NCBI GenBank assembly: GCA_028023455.1
Contig: JAQFVV010000010.1
Coordinates: 3,100,001-3,164,000, forward strand
Source: Epiperipatus broadwayi
Taxonomy: Eukaryota > Animalia > Onychophora
DNA: 64,000 nt
Reading direction: 5' to 3'
The translations under genes and the position numbers were made by a program. Position 1 is the stretch's first letter, and each line of letters begins with the position of its first letter. The notes under the pieces are model-generated. The model saw nothing but the letters and a program-made list of their open reading frames with translations. It made no database searches and was not told the origin of the DNA. Shown here piece by piece: positions 26,520 through 40,699 of this stretch.

Positions 26520-26950
26520 GTGTATAAAATATACAGAGTATATGAACACAGACTTTCACCACCCACCACTCACCACTCTATATTATAACACTGATACACT
26601 CGAACACAGATATGCTGAAAAGAATCTCGGCCTCAGGGTGGCCTTTGAGCGTTCCATCATCAGATTTTCTATTGGATGGACGGTTGAAAAGTTGGAGTGT
26701 GGAGTAGATTGAAGCCTGTCCATTAAAGTATGAATATTGGCTATCTTAATATATATCTGAGCACTTATAGCATATATGTGTAAAGATGGTAATCTGGACC
26801 AACTGATGATTGCTAGTTTAGCATGAAATACGTATATTGGTGATTATTTATCTTTTCAGCATATATGTGTTCGAGTGTATCAGTGTTATCAGATAGAGTG
26901 GTGAGTGGTAGGTGGTGTGAAAGTCTGTGCTCATATACCCTATATATTAC
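26520..26950 (+). mobile_element. Family H3 copy with inverted duplicate (about 26535-26620 mirrors 26855-26945)
   Basis: cacagactttcac...acactgatacactcgaacaca versus tgtgttcgagtgtatcagtgt...gtgaaagtctgtg. Confidence 0.8.
26798..26841 (+). ncRNA. Type I minimal hammerhead, family H3
   Basis: ACCAA-CUGAUGA-UUGCUA guu UAGCAU-GAAA-UACGUA-UA-UUGGU; perfect palindrome AUACGUAU. Confidence 0.8.
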
Positions 26951-27039
26951 ATATATAGACACAGGTATATAATAAGCCTGTGTTTCAGTTATGTGTTTAA
27001 AAAAAAATATAAACATACACATACATAACACAGACATAC

Positions 27040-27396
27040 ACCTATTTAGCTCTCATTGGAATTTAGTTCATAATTAGTGTCATTAACAAAAAAATGATTT
27101 TCCAATTGATTAGAAAGTTGAAGACTTTCTCTAATCATTTTTGCTGTGAAACGAACAGGTTCCACTTCTGTTTCATTATCTTTTTCTAAATCTTCTACAG
27201 TATCTAAATTTATTGCCAAACCTCCAACAGGCATTTAAAGTATGTAAAATTTAATGCATGTATATAAAATGGGGAAATCCCAATTTTAAATTAAATATGA
27301 ACTTCTTTATCGCATAAAAAGATATTAAAAAGAAACATGAATCGCATAACTTCAAAATCGCGTTAAAAAATCTGCACAAAAAGAGACCCAGGTGTA
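27040..27396 (-). mobile_element. pogo/Tigger-like DNA transposon deletion derivative
   Basis: TIR ...gagacccaggtg followed by TA; short ORF (DTVEDLEK...RFTAKMIRESLQLSNQLENHF) resembles the C-terminus of Tigger-type transposases. Confidence 0.6.
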
Positions 27397-27743
27397 TTTA
27401 ATATTAATAATAAATAATAAACACTATTACACAACATATATTTATACAAATACTTTTACATGTTATATGTTTTATATATATTTTAATGAAAAAATAAATA
27501 AAAACACATATTTATTCATTTCAATATGTAAATATTTATTTAAAATAATCAATACCTCTTATTAATATTTTATTTAAATAACAATAATAATCATATACAC
27601 AATCATGAATAAAAATATGCTTATAATAGTTCTGCTTTTGTTGCCTAACAATAAAATAGCCTTCAAATAATTGCTCTTTTAGCAACTATTTGAAAAATCA
27701 TAAACAATAAAATTATTGTTTTCATAATGCAATGCACTTTTAC

Positions 27744-27801
27744 CTTAATTTGATCAATATCATCAGGAACACACTCCTCTTGAACAACTTTTCCAGAAAA
27801 A
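27744..27801 (-). CDS. GPHN: Gephyrin exon 3 (FSGKVVQEECVPDDIDQIK)
   Basis: 58 nt, AG/GT flanks, VPDD motif equivalent to VPDE. Confidence 0.9.
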
Positions 27802-28379
27802 CTGAAATATAAATAATAATATTAAAACAATTGAAATGTGAAAAGACAATCAATGATTCGACTTTAATTTATAAAGACATTTTTAGATGATATTAATATT
27901 TTAATTCATTAACCCATCAAAATCTAAAGCAAAACTATTTTCTCAGAATATTAAAACATAATAATAGCTATAATAATAATAAAGTAAATCATAAGATCAC
28001 TTGCTAGAGAAGATGTTATGTAGTATTTAAGTATTAAAGTGAAAAAATTAGCATAGTTTTGTGACTTGAGATCTCACTGCACTAAACTCCACAGAAAATA
28101 AAAAAATTAAATTCAAATAACAACTTAAGTATAATAATTTAATTCAACTGACTGAATCAAGATTTTTTTATTTACATGACAATTAAGCATAATGATAGAG
28201 ATCACCATTCTATCACTATAATAATTTAATGATTAGTCAGTTCATGTGGTGTTTGAGCACCAAAGTGAAGATTGGGCTTCAATAATCAAATTTTTATCTC
28301 TCAAGCTCGACACTCTATCAGCATGCTAGTTATATCTTAATAGAATATTGCACTTTTCCACAATAGTTTTCCTAATTTT

Positions 28380-29570
28380 TATTGATTTTTTTTACTAATT
28401 CAATATTATTTCTATTCTCATTAGTGTTATTATTTTCACTAACTCTGATGGAAAGTCTATATGCAGTCAATATTTTGAATAATCTGATTTTAGGAAGGCA
28501 GATTACTAACATCAAACTATTGGAAACTGTAGTTATTATGCAGATGCCATTCTTTATACTGTCGTCTTTGTGTGTTATTATATAAATATATGTTCATTGT
28601 CAAATTCTACAATGATAAAATCAAAGGCAAACTTTAACCTCCAAAACAAATTTAAACTAACCTTATCTCTCACAATTATCCCACTTTACAAGTATTCTTA
28701 TAACCAGTGCATTTCATATGTACTCACATCCTCAAAAATGAATCCTTATCCAAATGCTACTTTCTAATAAACATCAACAGTCTTTCTTACTCTAAACGTG
28801 ATATCTGCTATGATTTTAAAAATTCCTCTCTTAATCCATCACATTTACAATACTTACAGTGTTTTCTTTCTTCTTATTTCCAATTTCTTAATTTCTTATA
28901 GAATTTTACATTTGTTAAATTCTGCTTCTTTTCACCCCAATATAGTGAAAAATTTCTGTTTATATATTTTCCCATTAACATAGTTTTATTATTCAAAAAC
29001 TGAAATCTTAAATTATTCAAAACAGCCATCATAAAAATGGAAGACCAGGCCATTTCATCTATATTATCTCATTAATCACTAGCATGTCATCTCCTAAAAT
29101 ATTTTGCTCTATCTTTTTTTGTAATTTATATAAGTTTATATAACATCTCTATCATAACTTAACTATAAATTGTATAAATTTAAGCTGATGCTACCATCTC
29201 TTTCCACAATACTTTTCTTACTTCATATTCATTATATAAAAATTATATTAATTTATTTGCATTAACTTTTTAGCATTATTTTATTAAACAATATATTTTA
29301 AAAATCTTATTATAATTATATATCTTTTCTCACTGTCATTACTCATAATAAACTCAATAACTCTCACACACACATATATATACAAGTATATTCAATGATT
29401 CCAAGTAAAATATGCAATAACCCATTTTGAGATCTCCATTAATTATTACTATTTTAATTGCTCTTTGAAAAATTTTATTCCTATTCTCTTCCCCATCTGC
29501 CTCTCCTAATAATGTTTTCACATCTTCCTTATCCTTAAACAATCACACTATATCATCATCAAAAACAAAG
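28380..29570 (-). mobile_element. Decayed LINE relic (APE endonuclease and linker region)
   Basis: IVIINGDLK (GDFN-like) and tryptophan/lysine-rich remnants. Confidence 0.4.
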
Positions 29571-29659
29571 CTCTTAGAATATAACATTATTGCAACTGAA
29601 GAATATCCATTTTATAATCAACACAAACATTAATTAAAAATTTCCTTTGAAAAAAACAA

Positions 29660-29862
29660 CAACTAAACATCACATGATCACCATTTCTTATGCTTGCTCA
29701 TAACTATTATTAAAGCAGGCAAAACTCTCCATACAGTAGTGCCACTCAGTGCAAGTCAGAGTAATCAATGGATGCCAGAAGGCTTGGGCATAAAATCCTT
29801 ATCTAGTGTCTACTCATCCAATATCCCTAGTGGCACTATTGTATGGAGAGTTTTGCCTGTCT
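29660..29862 (-). mobile_element. Family H 3' fragment with short inversion
   Basis: Matches 10168-10335; 29830-29862 inverted. Confidence 0.85.
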
Positions 29863-30126
29863 TTTAAAAAAGAAAACATAAATAATATTGGTAACAATGG
29901 ACAATATTAACACAATTTCATTTCATGTATAATCCCTATAATATCATTGTGTGCAAATGATAAAAACAAATGTTTTCTACAAATCTTTATCCTTTTCCAC
30001 ACCCTTTCCAATCTATGCTAGAATCTTTCCCAAACTCTATCAACAACCAAAAATCTCTATATTTAATTTAAAGTACTTTCACTATCAAAAAACAAAACAA
30101 AAACAAAAAAAAACATTAATAAACTT

Positions 30127-31115
30127 CACCTGGGTCTCGTTTTATGCAGATTATTTTAATGCGATTTTGAAGTTATGCGATTTAAGTTTCTTCTTAATAT
30201 CTTTCATATTTCACTATATTTATTAGATATCAAGAAATTTAAATTATTAATAACTTATTTTCACTTGAAATTTTTTTTTTTTAAAAAAAATATAATGTTA
30301 TATTAGCAGCTAACGTGAATATGGCCTGAAAGCTGTATTTAGAATGTTAGCTTCTATGTAAATAACCTATTAATACTAATGAGTAAATAATAATAGATTT
30401 ATACTTACATATAAAAATATCGCAATAAATATTCAAAAAACTTAAACTTTTAAAACGTATTTTGTTATATATAACAGAAATAAATAATCTTTTAGATTTT
30501 TAAAATAAAAAACAAAGATTTTATAAACTGAAAATAATCTTTTTTTTTTTTTTTTCAGAATTGTCTTTCTAATGATAATGTGTAATCTTTTTGTTTGATT
30601 GAGATCTCATTTTTTAAATATAGAAACAGAAAACCATTAACACAGCACAAGACTGAAAGTGGCGCTAGCTGTACATCACATCACGAATAAGAATAAAGTG
30701 GCTAACAGGTTTCTCTGGGCATAATTGTTGAGAGATTCTTGACTTCATTTAAGGAGAAGCCACAATACATCACATCACATCGAATCTGATTTCTTACTAG
30801 TTTACAAATGAATGCTAGTGGTAATAATTAAAATATGTATGGAAAATTAAATACTGTAGTTAATAAAAAAAGTTTGTTATCTATTAATTTTTTCCAAATA
30901 TTTGAAATTTTTTATTAGACATACTTTATTTGCTTATTTTTTTAATGCGAATTTTAAAGTAATTTTTCCTCGTTGCTTTGGTTTTATGCGAATTCTGAAA
31001 ATTACAGACCCTATCCCCCATTTTTCAAGGTAAGTTAAGACTATTTTTGTGCGATTTTTTTTAATGCGGGTTTTCTGTGGAACCTATCTACCGCATAAAA
31101 TGAAACCCAGATGTA
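30127..31115. mobile_element. pogo-type MITE
   Basis: Left TIR cacctgggtctcgttttatgcag, right TIR ccgcataaaatgaaacccagatg plus TA; same terminus as 27372-27396. Confidence 0.75.
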
Positions 31116-33259
31116 CTGATATTATTTCTGTTAATCTATATTTTTCTATGTTCTTTTTATTTTTCACTTTACTTTTAAAAAAATTAGCTTGCAGTAGTCC
31201 ATCTTTCCGGCCTTTCCATATTTTTAGATCAGCAATTCTCAATCTATGGTAAGTGTATCACTGATGGTATGCAATGGACTTATAAGTAGTATGTGAAAGA
31301 TAAGCTGTTTTTGAATAATTATATTTAAATAATATAAATCCAGTATTAAAAACATAAAAAATTAAAACTATATTCCCATTATAGTGATTACTGCCTTTGT
31401 AATTCTTTATCATAAACAAATGTGTCCAGGCTTATTGCCTATCTATTTTTTTTTATTTTGATACTGAAATTTTTGATAAAGAGTGATGATAAAGAGAAAC
31501 TTTCTTATTCTTTAGATGGTAATTGAAATCCAAAAGGTTAAATGCCCCTGCTCTACATATATTGGTAAAACATTTCAGCAATATTTCTTGTATAACTTAG
31601 CTAAAACCTTTTATTAATTCAGCAGTAAATCAATTACTCCTATTCACTTTAGAATCTTATTATATTCACAAAATTATCATCATTCACATAAAGAGATGTG
31701 GTCAAATCCTATTCTGTTATATCATTTTCTTACAGTATCCTAATTTCCTGTTCTTATATATATTCTATTTCTTTCTCATCACACAATTGATCACCACCTT
31801 TCTTCTTTACAAATTCCAAAATTTCTTACTATTTCCTTATCAGACAATTAATGTCCTTCCTTCAGTGTTATTTCATTTCTAGCTCCCTATCATCAATTTG
31901 TTCATAGTTACCTGGAAAAAATTTACTTGAGCAATAAATTATATAACAGAATCAAGTAAACAATTTAAAGCATTTACTTATTCATTTTACTGTATTGGTA
32001 AGAGAGTAAAAGTTTGTTGAATCTATTCTTAGTTTTATAAAAAAAAAATTTTGATTAACTGAATGGAATATTTGTGCCCAATTTTGACATTTTCATTCAC
32101 AAATGTCCTATGACCTCTTCAGCAACTAACTACATAATTATTACCATTTTAAGTCATCTAATACATTCTAACTTCACATCACTAGGAAAATAATTTAACT
32201 CATTTAGAAATAAATTTAATTGTAATGTAATCACATTGTAGCTTTGACTAATATCGAAATGGATGAACACCGTGAAATATATATTACAACATAACAGCAA
32301 AACTGAAGTTTTTTTTTTAAATTTTATTTAATATTTTAACATAATTATAATGTTGAATATTATTTGCTTCTACTATTGATATGGGTCCTAATACCTTTTT
32401 TTATTATTATTCAAGAATTGAATTAATTCTTCATCAATAATTGCAATTTTAACTAATTTGTACACAAATGCTTTTGATAAATATTAATATGCATATCTCA
32501 CTAAACCCAGCAATTGTTGTTTATGATAAAACTAGCAATTTCACAATAAAGGTTTTTGAGAAAACATTTTCATTAGCTATATACAAAAAGTAGGATAAAT
32601 GTCTTTTGGATAATGATGACAAATGTTTTTTTGCTATTTTTTAAAATGTTTTTTTTATATATTTATAAGTAACCCCCCACATTTGTAAATGTTTTTGTTG
32701 GAACCATGTGATTAAGCAGGAAGATAATGGTGATTTGTAGATAGCTATAAATATCAAATAATTTTTAATTTTCATATTTTTTATTTTGAAGAACAACTTT
32801 CCAAAATCTATATTATCTTATTTTATAAATAAGTTTATTTGAAAAGGCAATTATCTTGTTTGCACCTGTGGAAATTTTTACAACAATTTTTCATTTTTGA
32901 AATGATTGACATTATTCATCACTAGTTTCTTGTTTTGAAATTTTCATCCTGTTGCTTATTGATAATGTAAATCATTTTTTCTATCACTAATAATAAGCTT
33001 AATCATGACTTTTATTTCTCAAGAAAATTTAATATCTTAAGTTTTTCATTGACTAATATGAAAAAAGTCTTTGCAATTTTTTTATTATCATTTTAGAAAT
33101 GCCCAGAGATATTTTATTGTTTTAAATCAAGAATTGAAGTTTTCAATAAGATCTATAAAATAAGGCAATCAGCTAAGCTAAAAGATGTTCCCAAATAAAA
33201 TATCTTTGCAGTATTTAATTGAGTAAAATCACTAGTATATGCCCAAAGTTTAATCCAGT

Positions 33260-33540
33260 TTTTCTAATAACTAGTCTCTCTTCTTCACAACATATCAACA
33301 TACTTCTTCATTTTAATCATCCATCTCATATATAATCATTTTCTGGGACTTGTACAATCTTTTGGGATTCATTTTAAGACTTCAACTGACCATCTATTAT
33401 CATCTCTTCTTGTAAAATATCCAACCCAGCTCCATTTCAGTCTCTTAATTCTTTCAATGATATTTGTTCTCTCACCTATAAATATTTCATTTTTGATCTC
33501 TTCTTGTTATTCTTAACATACACCTCACCACTGAATTTAT
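33260..33540 (-). mobile_element. RTE-like LINE 3' fragment
   Basis: Homologous to 41500-41720 and 44500-44700. Confidence 0.65.
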
Positions 33541-34609
33541 AGATAAATAAATAATTGAATAGTTAATCTTTTGGGTGGGAATAATAGGTTTATGGGTATT
33601 TTTATACAGAAATAACAAAATAATCTTCCATATAAAAATCTTTGTATTTCAAGTCCATCACTCCACTGCTGCATTAAAGTGCATAGGACATTTAAAGAGC
33701 CAGAATTATAAATTTCTAAGTTAAATTAAAATATTTTCTTAAGTAATATTAATTTTTAACCAAATGAGTTGAGCATTAGTTTTGTACAAGATTTTACTTT
33801 AAAGAATCTTTTAACAAAACAGTATTAAGGTCAATATTCAGTAAGTATCACAAACTCTTTCTTCTTTCAAATAAAATTTCTATAATAAAATGATTAACGA
33901 CTGGTTTTTAATTTCTAAATCAAAATTGCAATGCTTAATGACTAAAGTAATTTAAGTGTTATTAATATAATTTTGTTTCCTGGAGAGAAAACACTCCATA
34001 TTAAAAAATATTAAAAGATACACTGACTAATGAAATTACCTTTACAGACAATCAATATAATAGATTTAATATCATATTGATAAAGTCTGAGAACATGATC
34101 AGTTATCAATTTTTCAAGTCCTGTTATGTGAGGAATAACAGGTTATGACAGCTTAAATTCAAAATATATATTAAAAAAACATTTATCTTGATAAGAAATA
34201 CCCATTATGTAAGCATGCTTATTTCAGATCCATTAATGAAACTACTATCACTAAAAACAACTGAAAATTTTAGTTATAATAAAATATCACACTTGTCAGA
34301 ATGTGATTTGAGTCATTTCATCACTCTATAGTATTATATTATTAGTTCCTTTATTATTTTATTTCAATCTCCTATCAATTCACTGCAGATGAACCTATCA
34401 GGAATATTTTAACATAACTAGAAAAATAAATTAAACAACTGACAAATAGAGACATTGCAAATTCAAACTTTCTACATTAACATTTACTAATTAATTAAAA
34501 TCACAAACATTTCCAATTTAACAAACAAATTAATATATAATTAGTTAAATACCAATAGAATATTATTTAAATTATTTTAATTATATTATCAAACTTTCAA
34601 AATACTTAC

Positions 34610-34685
34610 AAATTTCCACTCTCAATAATATTTTTCAAGTGGGTAGCCTTATGTTCAGTTTCTTTTGAAAAACCTTTATCACTAA
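34610..34685 (-). CDS. GPHN: Gephyrin exon 2 (V-SDKGFSKETEHKATHLKNIIESGN-F)
   Basis: AG/GT flanks, 76 nt, phases fit exons 1 and 3; aligns to vertebrate [21 protein letters not shown]. Confidence 0.75.
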
Positions 34686-36567
34686 CTAAAATTTTAAAAA
34701 AAGGCAAATTAAGAAAAAAAGTTTTTTGCATATAAATTTTATAAAAAAAATATGAGAGAAGTAAAAGACAAAAATGTGTTTAAAATGTATGTTTTTTAGC
34801 AAAAACAAAATATACAAATTTTTCTTGATCAAATATTGATGAAATTTTTTTTTTTCATTTACATATCATAAGTATGGAATTTTAAAGAAATAATACAAAA
34901 TAATATTTATTTATGACACATTTCATTAAAATTATAAATGACTTCACAGTTTCCTATATATTAACACATGCATCCCCCCCCCCCAATACACATATATATT
35001 GGCTGATTAACGAAATCTAAAGTTGAAATCATGTTCTAATCAATATGTTATTGGGTTTTTTTTACCATTGGCATTATCATTAAATGATTTAGTATGTTAT
35101 TTTTGTAACAGTCATACATTATTACATATTTATATAATACAATGCCCTCCAACTTATATATTGTAACTAGGAGGCCATATGAAGGCTAAAAAAATATAAA
35201 AAACAGAACAAATTTCTATATTATAAATGCAGTTAATAAAGGGTTATAATTTGCATTGGCTACAGATAAACAACCTGGTCAATATATTGTAATGGTAAGA
35301 CACATATAGCTAGCAAAACTAATTTTCGGACCAAGCAATCACTAATTGCATGGCTGTGTGTAACATTGTACCAAACAATACAAAGGCAAATCTCATTTCT
35401 ATGCCCCCAAAATAATTTCCACATGGCTACCACATCTGATGTTAATATATATGCCCTTTTCTTAAATACCACTGAGGTCAGGGAGATGCAAGAAACTCTT
35501 AAAACTAAAAATGCTAAGACCCAAATGCAAGAGATAATGAGTATATATATATTTATTATTAACAATAAAAAAAATACTACAAAGTGAATTAAAAGTTCAC
35601 AAGTGGTTAATATTAAATCTAGATTTAAACCTAAGATTCTATTGCATTTATTACAGGTTAAAAATAAATAAATTAGCAACTAAACAGCATAATTATTGCT
35701 ATAATTTTTATACAATAGAAGGACTATAGGCTTCACATGTTTCAATAACTGGACATTTTACAATGATTTAACTATTAATTATTTCCTAATTAAGCAGGAT
35801 GAAAATAGGAGTATAATTTATGTACCTACATTAAAATCCGAATTATTAATAAGTGATCACAAAAGAATTAAAATTATGATTGGCTATACAATTACTAATT
35901 CAGGCTATAAAATATACAAAAGAAGTGCTAGGTTATGCAAAACAGAAATTTATCTGATGTTTGAATATGCCCATCTTGGTAAAGCCATACCCAGGAATTT
36001 AACTAGATCGGAGAGTCATATGAAGCAGGAAGGGTCATTTGCTCATATAATTGATAATGAACTTATCACTATCAGGCAGGATAATTCATTTGCCTTGATA
36101 ATGATATTAAAAGTAGCAAAGTTTATCAGAGTGTAAAATATATATATATGACCATCTAGGCATGATATCTAGAAAACATTCAGATCATCGATTTTCATGA
36201 AGCAGGAATGAGCATCTGCTCATAGAAATAAAACACGGATAAAAGGACAAATAATCCAACAAGACAATTTATTCAAAGATAAAATAAACAATAAGAAATT
36301 CTTAATTATTAAAGCCTAAAAATTATAGTGATTACTAAAAAGAAAACAAGCATGAATAGTCACATTATAAGACTGCAGGAGTGATCACGTATTACTTTAC
36401 CCAGTGCATTAATGCTACTCAATCAATGAGCAAAGAGTTTAGACTTTGTGGCTAATTATTTCAAAGTATAAAATGTAAAATGCACTAAAACGCACAAACA
36501 CACAAAGCTGCAGACAAAGAAATATTAATACAGATTAATACAAACTAAATATATGTATCTGGTATGT

Positions 36568-36609
36568 GGCTAAGCACTTTTGAGGGCCAGAGTCCTCATA
36601 TTCATAGCT
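36568..36609 (-). ncRNA. A3-U8 hammerhead-like motif after Penelope B ORF (G12 mutated to A)
   Basis: AGCU-AUGAAUA-U-GAGGAC ucug GCCCUC-AAAA-GUGC-UU-AGCC. Confidence 0.55.
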
Positions 36610-37290
36610 ATTTTGTGATTAAATAAACTGATTAAGAGCGATGCAAATGAGATAGTTACGTATTCCATTTCCAGATCTTATAACAAGAGTCTTTTCTGTT
36701 TATTGAGTTGTTATCCCTAGTGATAAAATAAGCCTCTTTTATCTTTCTCTTGAGATCATGCCACTCTCTACAAATAACCACTGGGTCTTTAAGTTGGCAA
36801 TCATGACCAGCTGAGCTGTGGTGCTGTGCGAAAACCGAACTACAAGATGTGTTGTTAGTGCTTTATTATAGGAGTATGTATATTAGGATAGCCTGGTGGA
36901 CAGAGAGGCTCTGGTCTCACCATAATATGTTGCAGTACAATGTGTTTTAGGACAGGTAATATTATAAACTACTTGAGGTATCAGCAAAGGTGGTAAGCTG
37001 TCTTTGGTATTATTGATTAGTTTGTTGGAGTTGGGAAAGGGGGATGTGAAAGCAGAAGTGATACTTATTGTTGAATATGTTTATGAAATTTTTTACATTA
37101 GACAGATAAGGGAGAAGCCTTTGTTTGTCCATGTTAGTGCATTGATTACTTATTTTGGAGCAAAATTGCCTTATTTTCTTGTCAATTAAATTAGGACTAA
37201 AACCAACCTTTATTAAGACATTCCTATATGACACTAGGTTAGTTTTTTTGCCTTCCTCGAATTTACAAAGATGCATATTTCTATAGAGAA
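36568..37290 (-). mobile_element. Penelope-like element B relic (thumb plus GIY-YIG)
   Basis: CKFEE...VGFS...KIRQF...LLPY, then after a frameshift NTKD...VVYNITCPKTHCTATYYGET...KEAYFI...INRKDS; collinear with 48862-49730. Confidence 0.8.
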
Positions 37291-40200
37291 AGGAAGTTAA
37301 GCTGGAGAGTTTGAATCCATTCTGAGTGAATCTATGATTTATATTCTTGGATGTGACTCTTACTGAAGCATCAAAATTACCTTATGTAAATTATAAAAGT
37401 GTGTTTGACACAAGACTTATTCTGTTAAAATATATATAAATCAAGGTAATATAGATCAAGAAGGTTAGATAATTATATTACACATAAACATATTGCAAAG
37501 TTTAAATTTATTATTATATATGCACAGTATTCATAATTTGCTTATTGCTTTATTAATAATTCTTTATACAAAAGTAATTAATAAAAATCAGTAAATTACT
37601 AACAATTACTAATGATAGGAGTTAATCTTCCAATAGTAACTACAGTTGGCAAAAAAGCAGAATAACTTTCTGATATGAAAGGTACTTGTATTAAATATCC
37701 AACCAAAAGGATTTCTGATGTCCTATAAAATATGTTTAGCTATTAAAAGTTAAGCACTGTTTCTAATAGTCTTTTTGCTATATTTTTTCTCTCATTTTTC
37801 CTTTTTAATTCTTATATGCTTCAATGATTTAGATTGATATATAGTTATCATGTGCTTCTCATGATATCTGTTCTCTCTCTCTGTATATACAATAATTGTG
37901 TATATGCACACATCTTTTTATTTATTCTATGCATTTAAACTCCTCAGCATAAAGAAAACAGTAACGAGAAAACATTCAGCAGAGAGAAAGAATATTTAGT
38001 AAACATGCTGAAAGAATGCTTGGGAGGTGAAGGTGAAACATTAATTTCACTTATTAAATGATTCATTATTTGAGCAACATTATTTAAAATCTTCCTGCCC
38101 CACAAAAAAAAAAGTATAAAATGACTTGTAGAATTTGTCTACATCATCATGGCTAGCAGATTTATCATTTAAATGATGGGTAGAAATAATAATAATATCA
38201 GTAATGATAATGATGGCAAAGCAGAATATTGTGATAATAAAGATATCAATTTTTTTTACAAAAATATAAATATAAGGAAAGTGCAAATTTTGCTTAATGT
38301 GAGCTTAAGAACTGAAAATAATAGTAACTATAGACAAAAATTTGTCAAGCTTTAAATGAATATAACTATTTCTAGTGAAAGCCATTTTTTCTTTCACCAT
38401 ACTTATGCTCCTTACTGTAATCTTTAGTTATTAATAAATGCCGGATGATAGTGCTTAATAAATCTCTATCCTGTAATGTTCATAATTGTGGTGAAAGAAA
38501 GAGTATGCTGCTAAAACAGCAATATGTACATTGGAATTATATGTGATAGAATCATTAAAAACTCATCTTCCAAAGAAAGAGAGTTTAATTTGAAGGAGTA
38601 AATTACCAAGAAAAACTGCGTACTGTTGGATTCATTGTGATATTTAGTATTTTTTTTATTCTTTAAATTCCTAGATATATCATAAAAAAGCTAATATTAA
38701 AAATTTATTAGTACATCAATACCAGTGCCATAATGTTAAATTCAGAAAGTTTAAAGAAAAAATTATTTCATTATTTATTTGTAAAAATAACAATAAAAGA
38801 TTGAATTTTTCTTCTTGGTGATTTTAATGGATGAATGAGTAGGAATAAGGGTATTAATGAATTCTTAACCAATTCATGGCTTATTAACTATACTTTGTTT
38901 AGCAAGAATATCTCTAGAAAATAAGTTGTAAGTATCCATTGCCATAACAATTATAATTAATGGATTATGATGGAATCAGAATGGAAAAGAAGTCAATACT
39001 ATACGAAACATTTATAAGATTAAATTCTTGGACAGGTTATATATATATAGGTCCAAGATAAAAAAGATAGCTATACTACCTCAAATATATTGGTAGATAT
39101 TTATTTAACCGTTAAAAGTAACTGCTAATCATATTAAATATCAAGTCAAGCTATTCTTTCAGGATAATCTATTATTGGATTCATTGTTGAGAAATCCTGG
39201 CTGGTTTTGTGATGTATTATTATTACTGAGTTGATTAAAAGAAAACCCATGACTTTTTCTACTTGATTAAATGAAATAAATATGAAACACCAGAAGCAGT
39301 ATAGGGATTTAAAAACAAAAGTTCAATGGCTGTTGAGAAGATTTACAAATGATTGGTGGAATACACTGCTAAGAAGATACTTTCATTTGTTAATCATGGA
39401 TGTTTTATTAAAACATTTTTGAACATATTAAAGGCAACATAAGGCCCTGTAAAACAGCATCATAATTTGGATAAACCAGTAGGTGCCATTCTTTTGATAA
39501 TGCTAAAATATTTGTCATCTTAAAAAATGAAAAAGTGCAAGTTTAATGTCACAGAAAAAAAATTATGTAATGAAATATTAATTTCAAACTATTGAACTTT
39601 TTTTACATATATATAAATGATATGTCTGCAGAAGGGATCATATGGGGCATTTGCTCTCTGGCATAGAATAAAAATAAATTATAATTGCAAAAGTGACTGA
39701 CATATATAATATTACCTTTGATCATGGAATGTTTTGTGTGTCTTAAAATATAATTACAAGTTAGCCAGTTTTGGCCCTCAGTGGAATAACCATAAAGCAC
39801 ATGTTCATCTATTGCAGCAATAAAACACATATTCCTAGTTTTGATTCATGTTTTTATGATAAGTGAAAAATATGCTTATTACTCTTGTGAATAGTGAAAA
39901 GTTCAATATCCAGTCACTGCATGATGTGCAATATTGTATTCTATAACCCATTTGGGAAAAGAAAAAAAATCCAAAAAATTAAATAAAAATTTGTCGCTAA
40001 CTTTTGCCATACTCCTGAAAAACTTTCTTCAGATGCCTTTACATATATGGATCCATAAAATTGTTCTTCAGTTTTTAGGAAGATTCTATTGTTTCACTTT
40101 ATATGTATGTATAAAACAAGAATTAAAAAGCTAAAATAATTATCATGGCATATAATTACCATCTACTATAGCAAAAGTATTTTCAAGAATTCCATTAAAA

Positions 40201-40699
40201 AAAATTGAATCCAGTAATGGATAAGCAATCAACAGAGAATTAGTGTGGTTTAAAAATATTAAAAAAAAACCACCAAAAAGAGTCATAGATAAGGGTTTAT
40301 TATCATCAGGCGAAGCTAAAAACAGTAATGTGAACAAAAGTTTGATTTATATATTATTTTCATTAATTTGATCAAGGCATTTGTCTTCAATGCTTTGTGA
40401 TAATGATTAAAAATATCTTGTTTGGGCCAGGTTATTCATATTATACAATTGCTACATGAAGCATTATTACATATGGTGAAAAAATTGAAGCAGATAAAAT
40501 GAAATATAAGGTGATATAGCAGCTCCAGCTTTGTTTCCCATTTTATGAAGAAGGCATAAAGATGTGATATAGGCTGGTTGGTGAAAGTTATTAATTTGAA
40601 CCAAATAAAAAACATTTTTCGGGCTCATAAATTTATAGTATACTGATAATTGTGCCATTCTTTTCAAATCAAAAAAGATCTACACAGTGTTCTTAACCA

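Noticed and set aside
38880-40100. Possible ancient plus-strand LINE RT (QY.GF...FL.I.KA)
   Set aside because: Motifs require several assumed frameshifts; not supportable without an HMM search.
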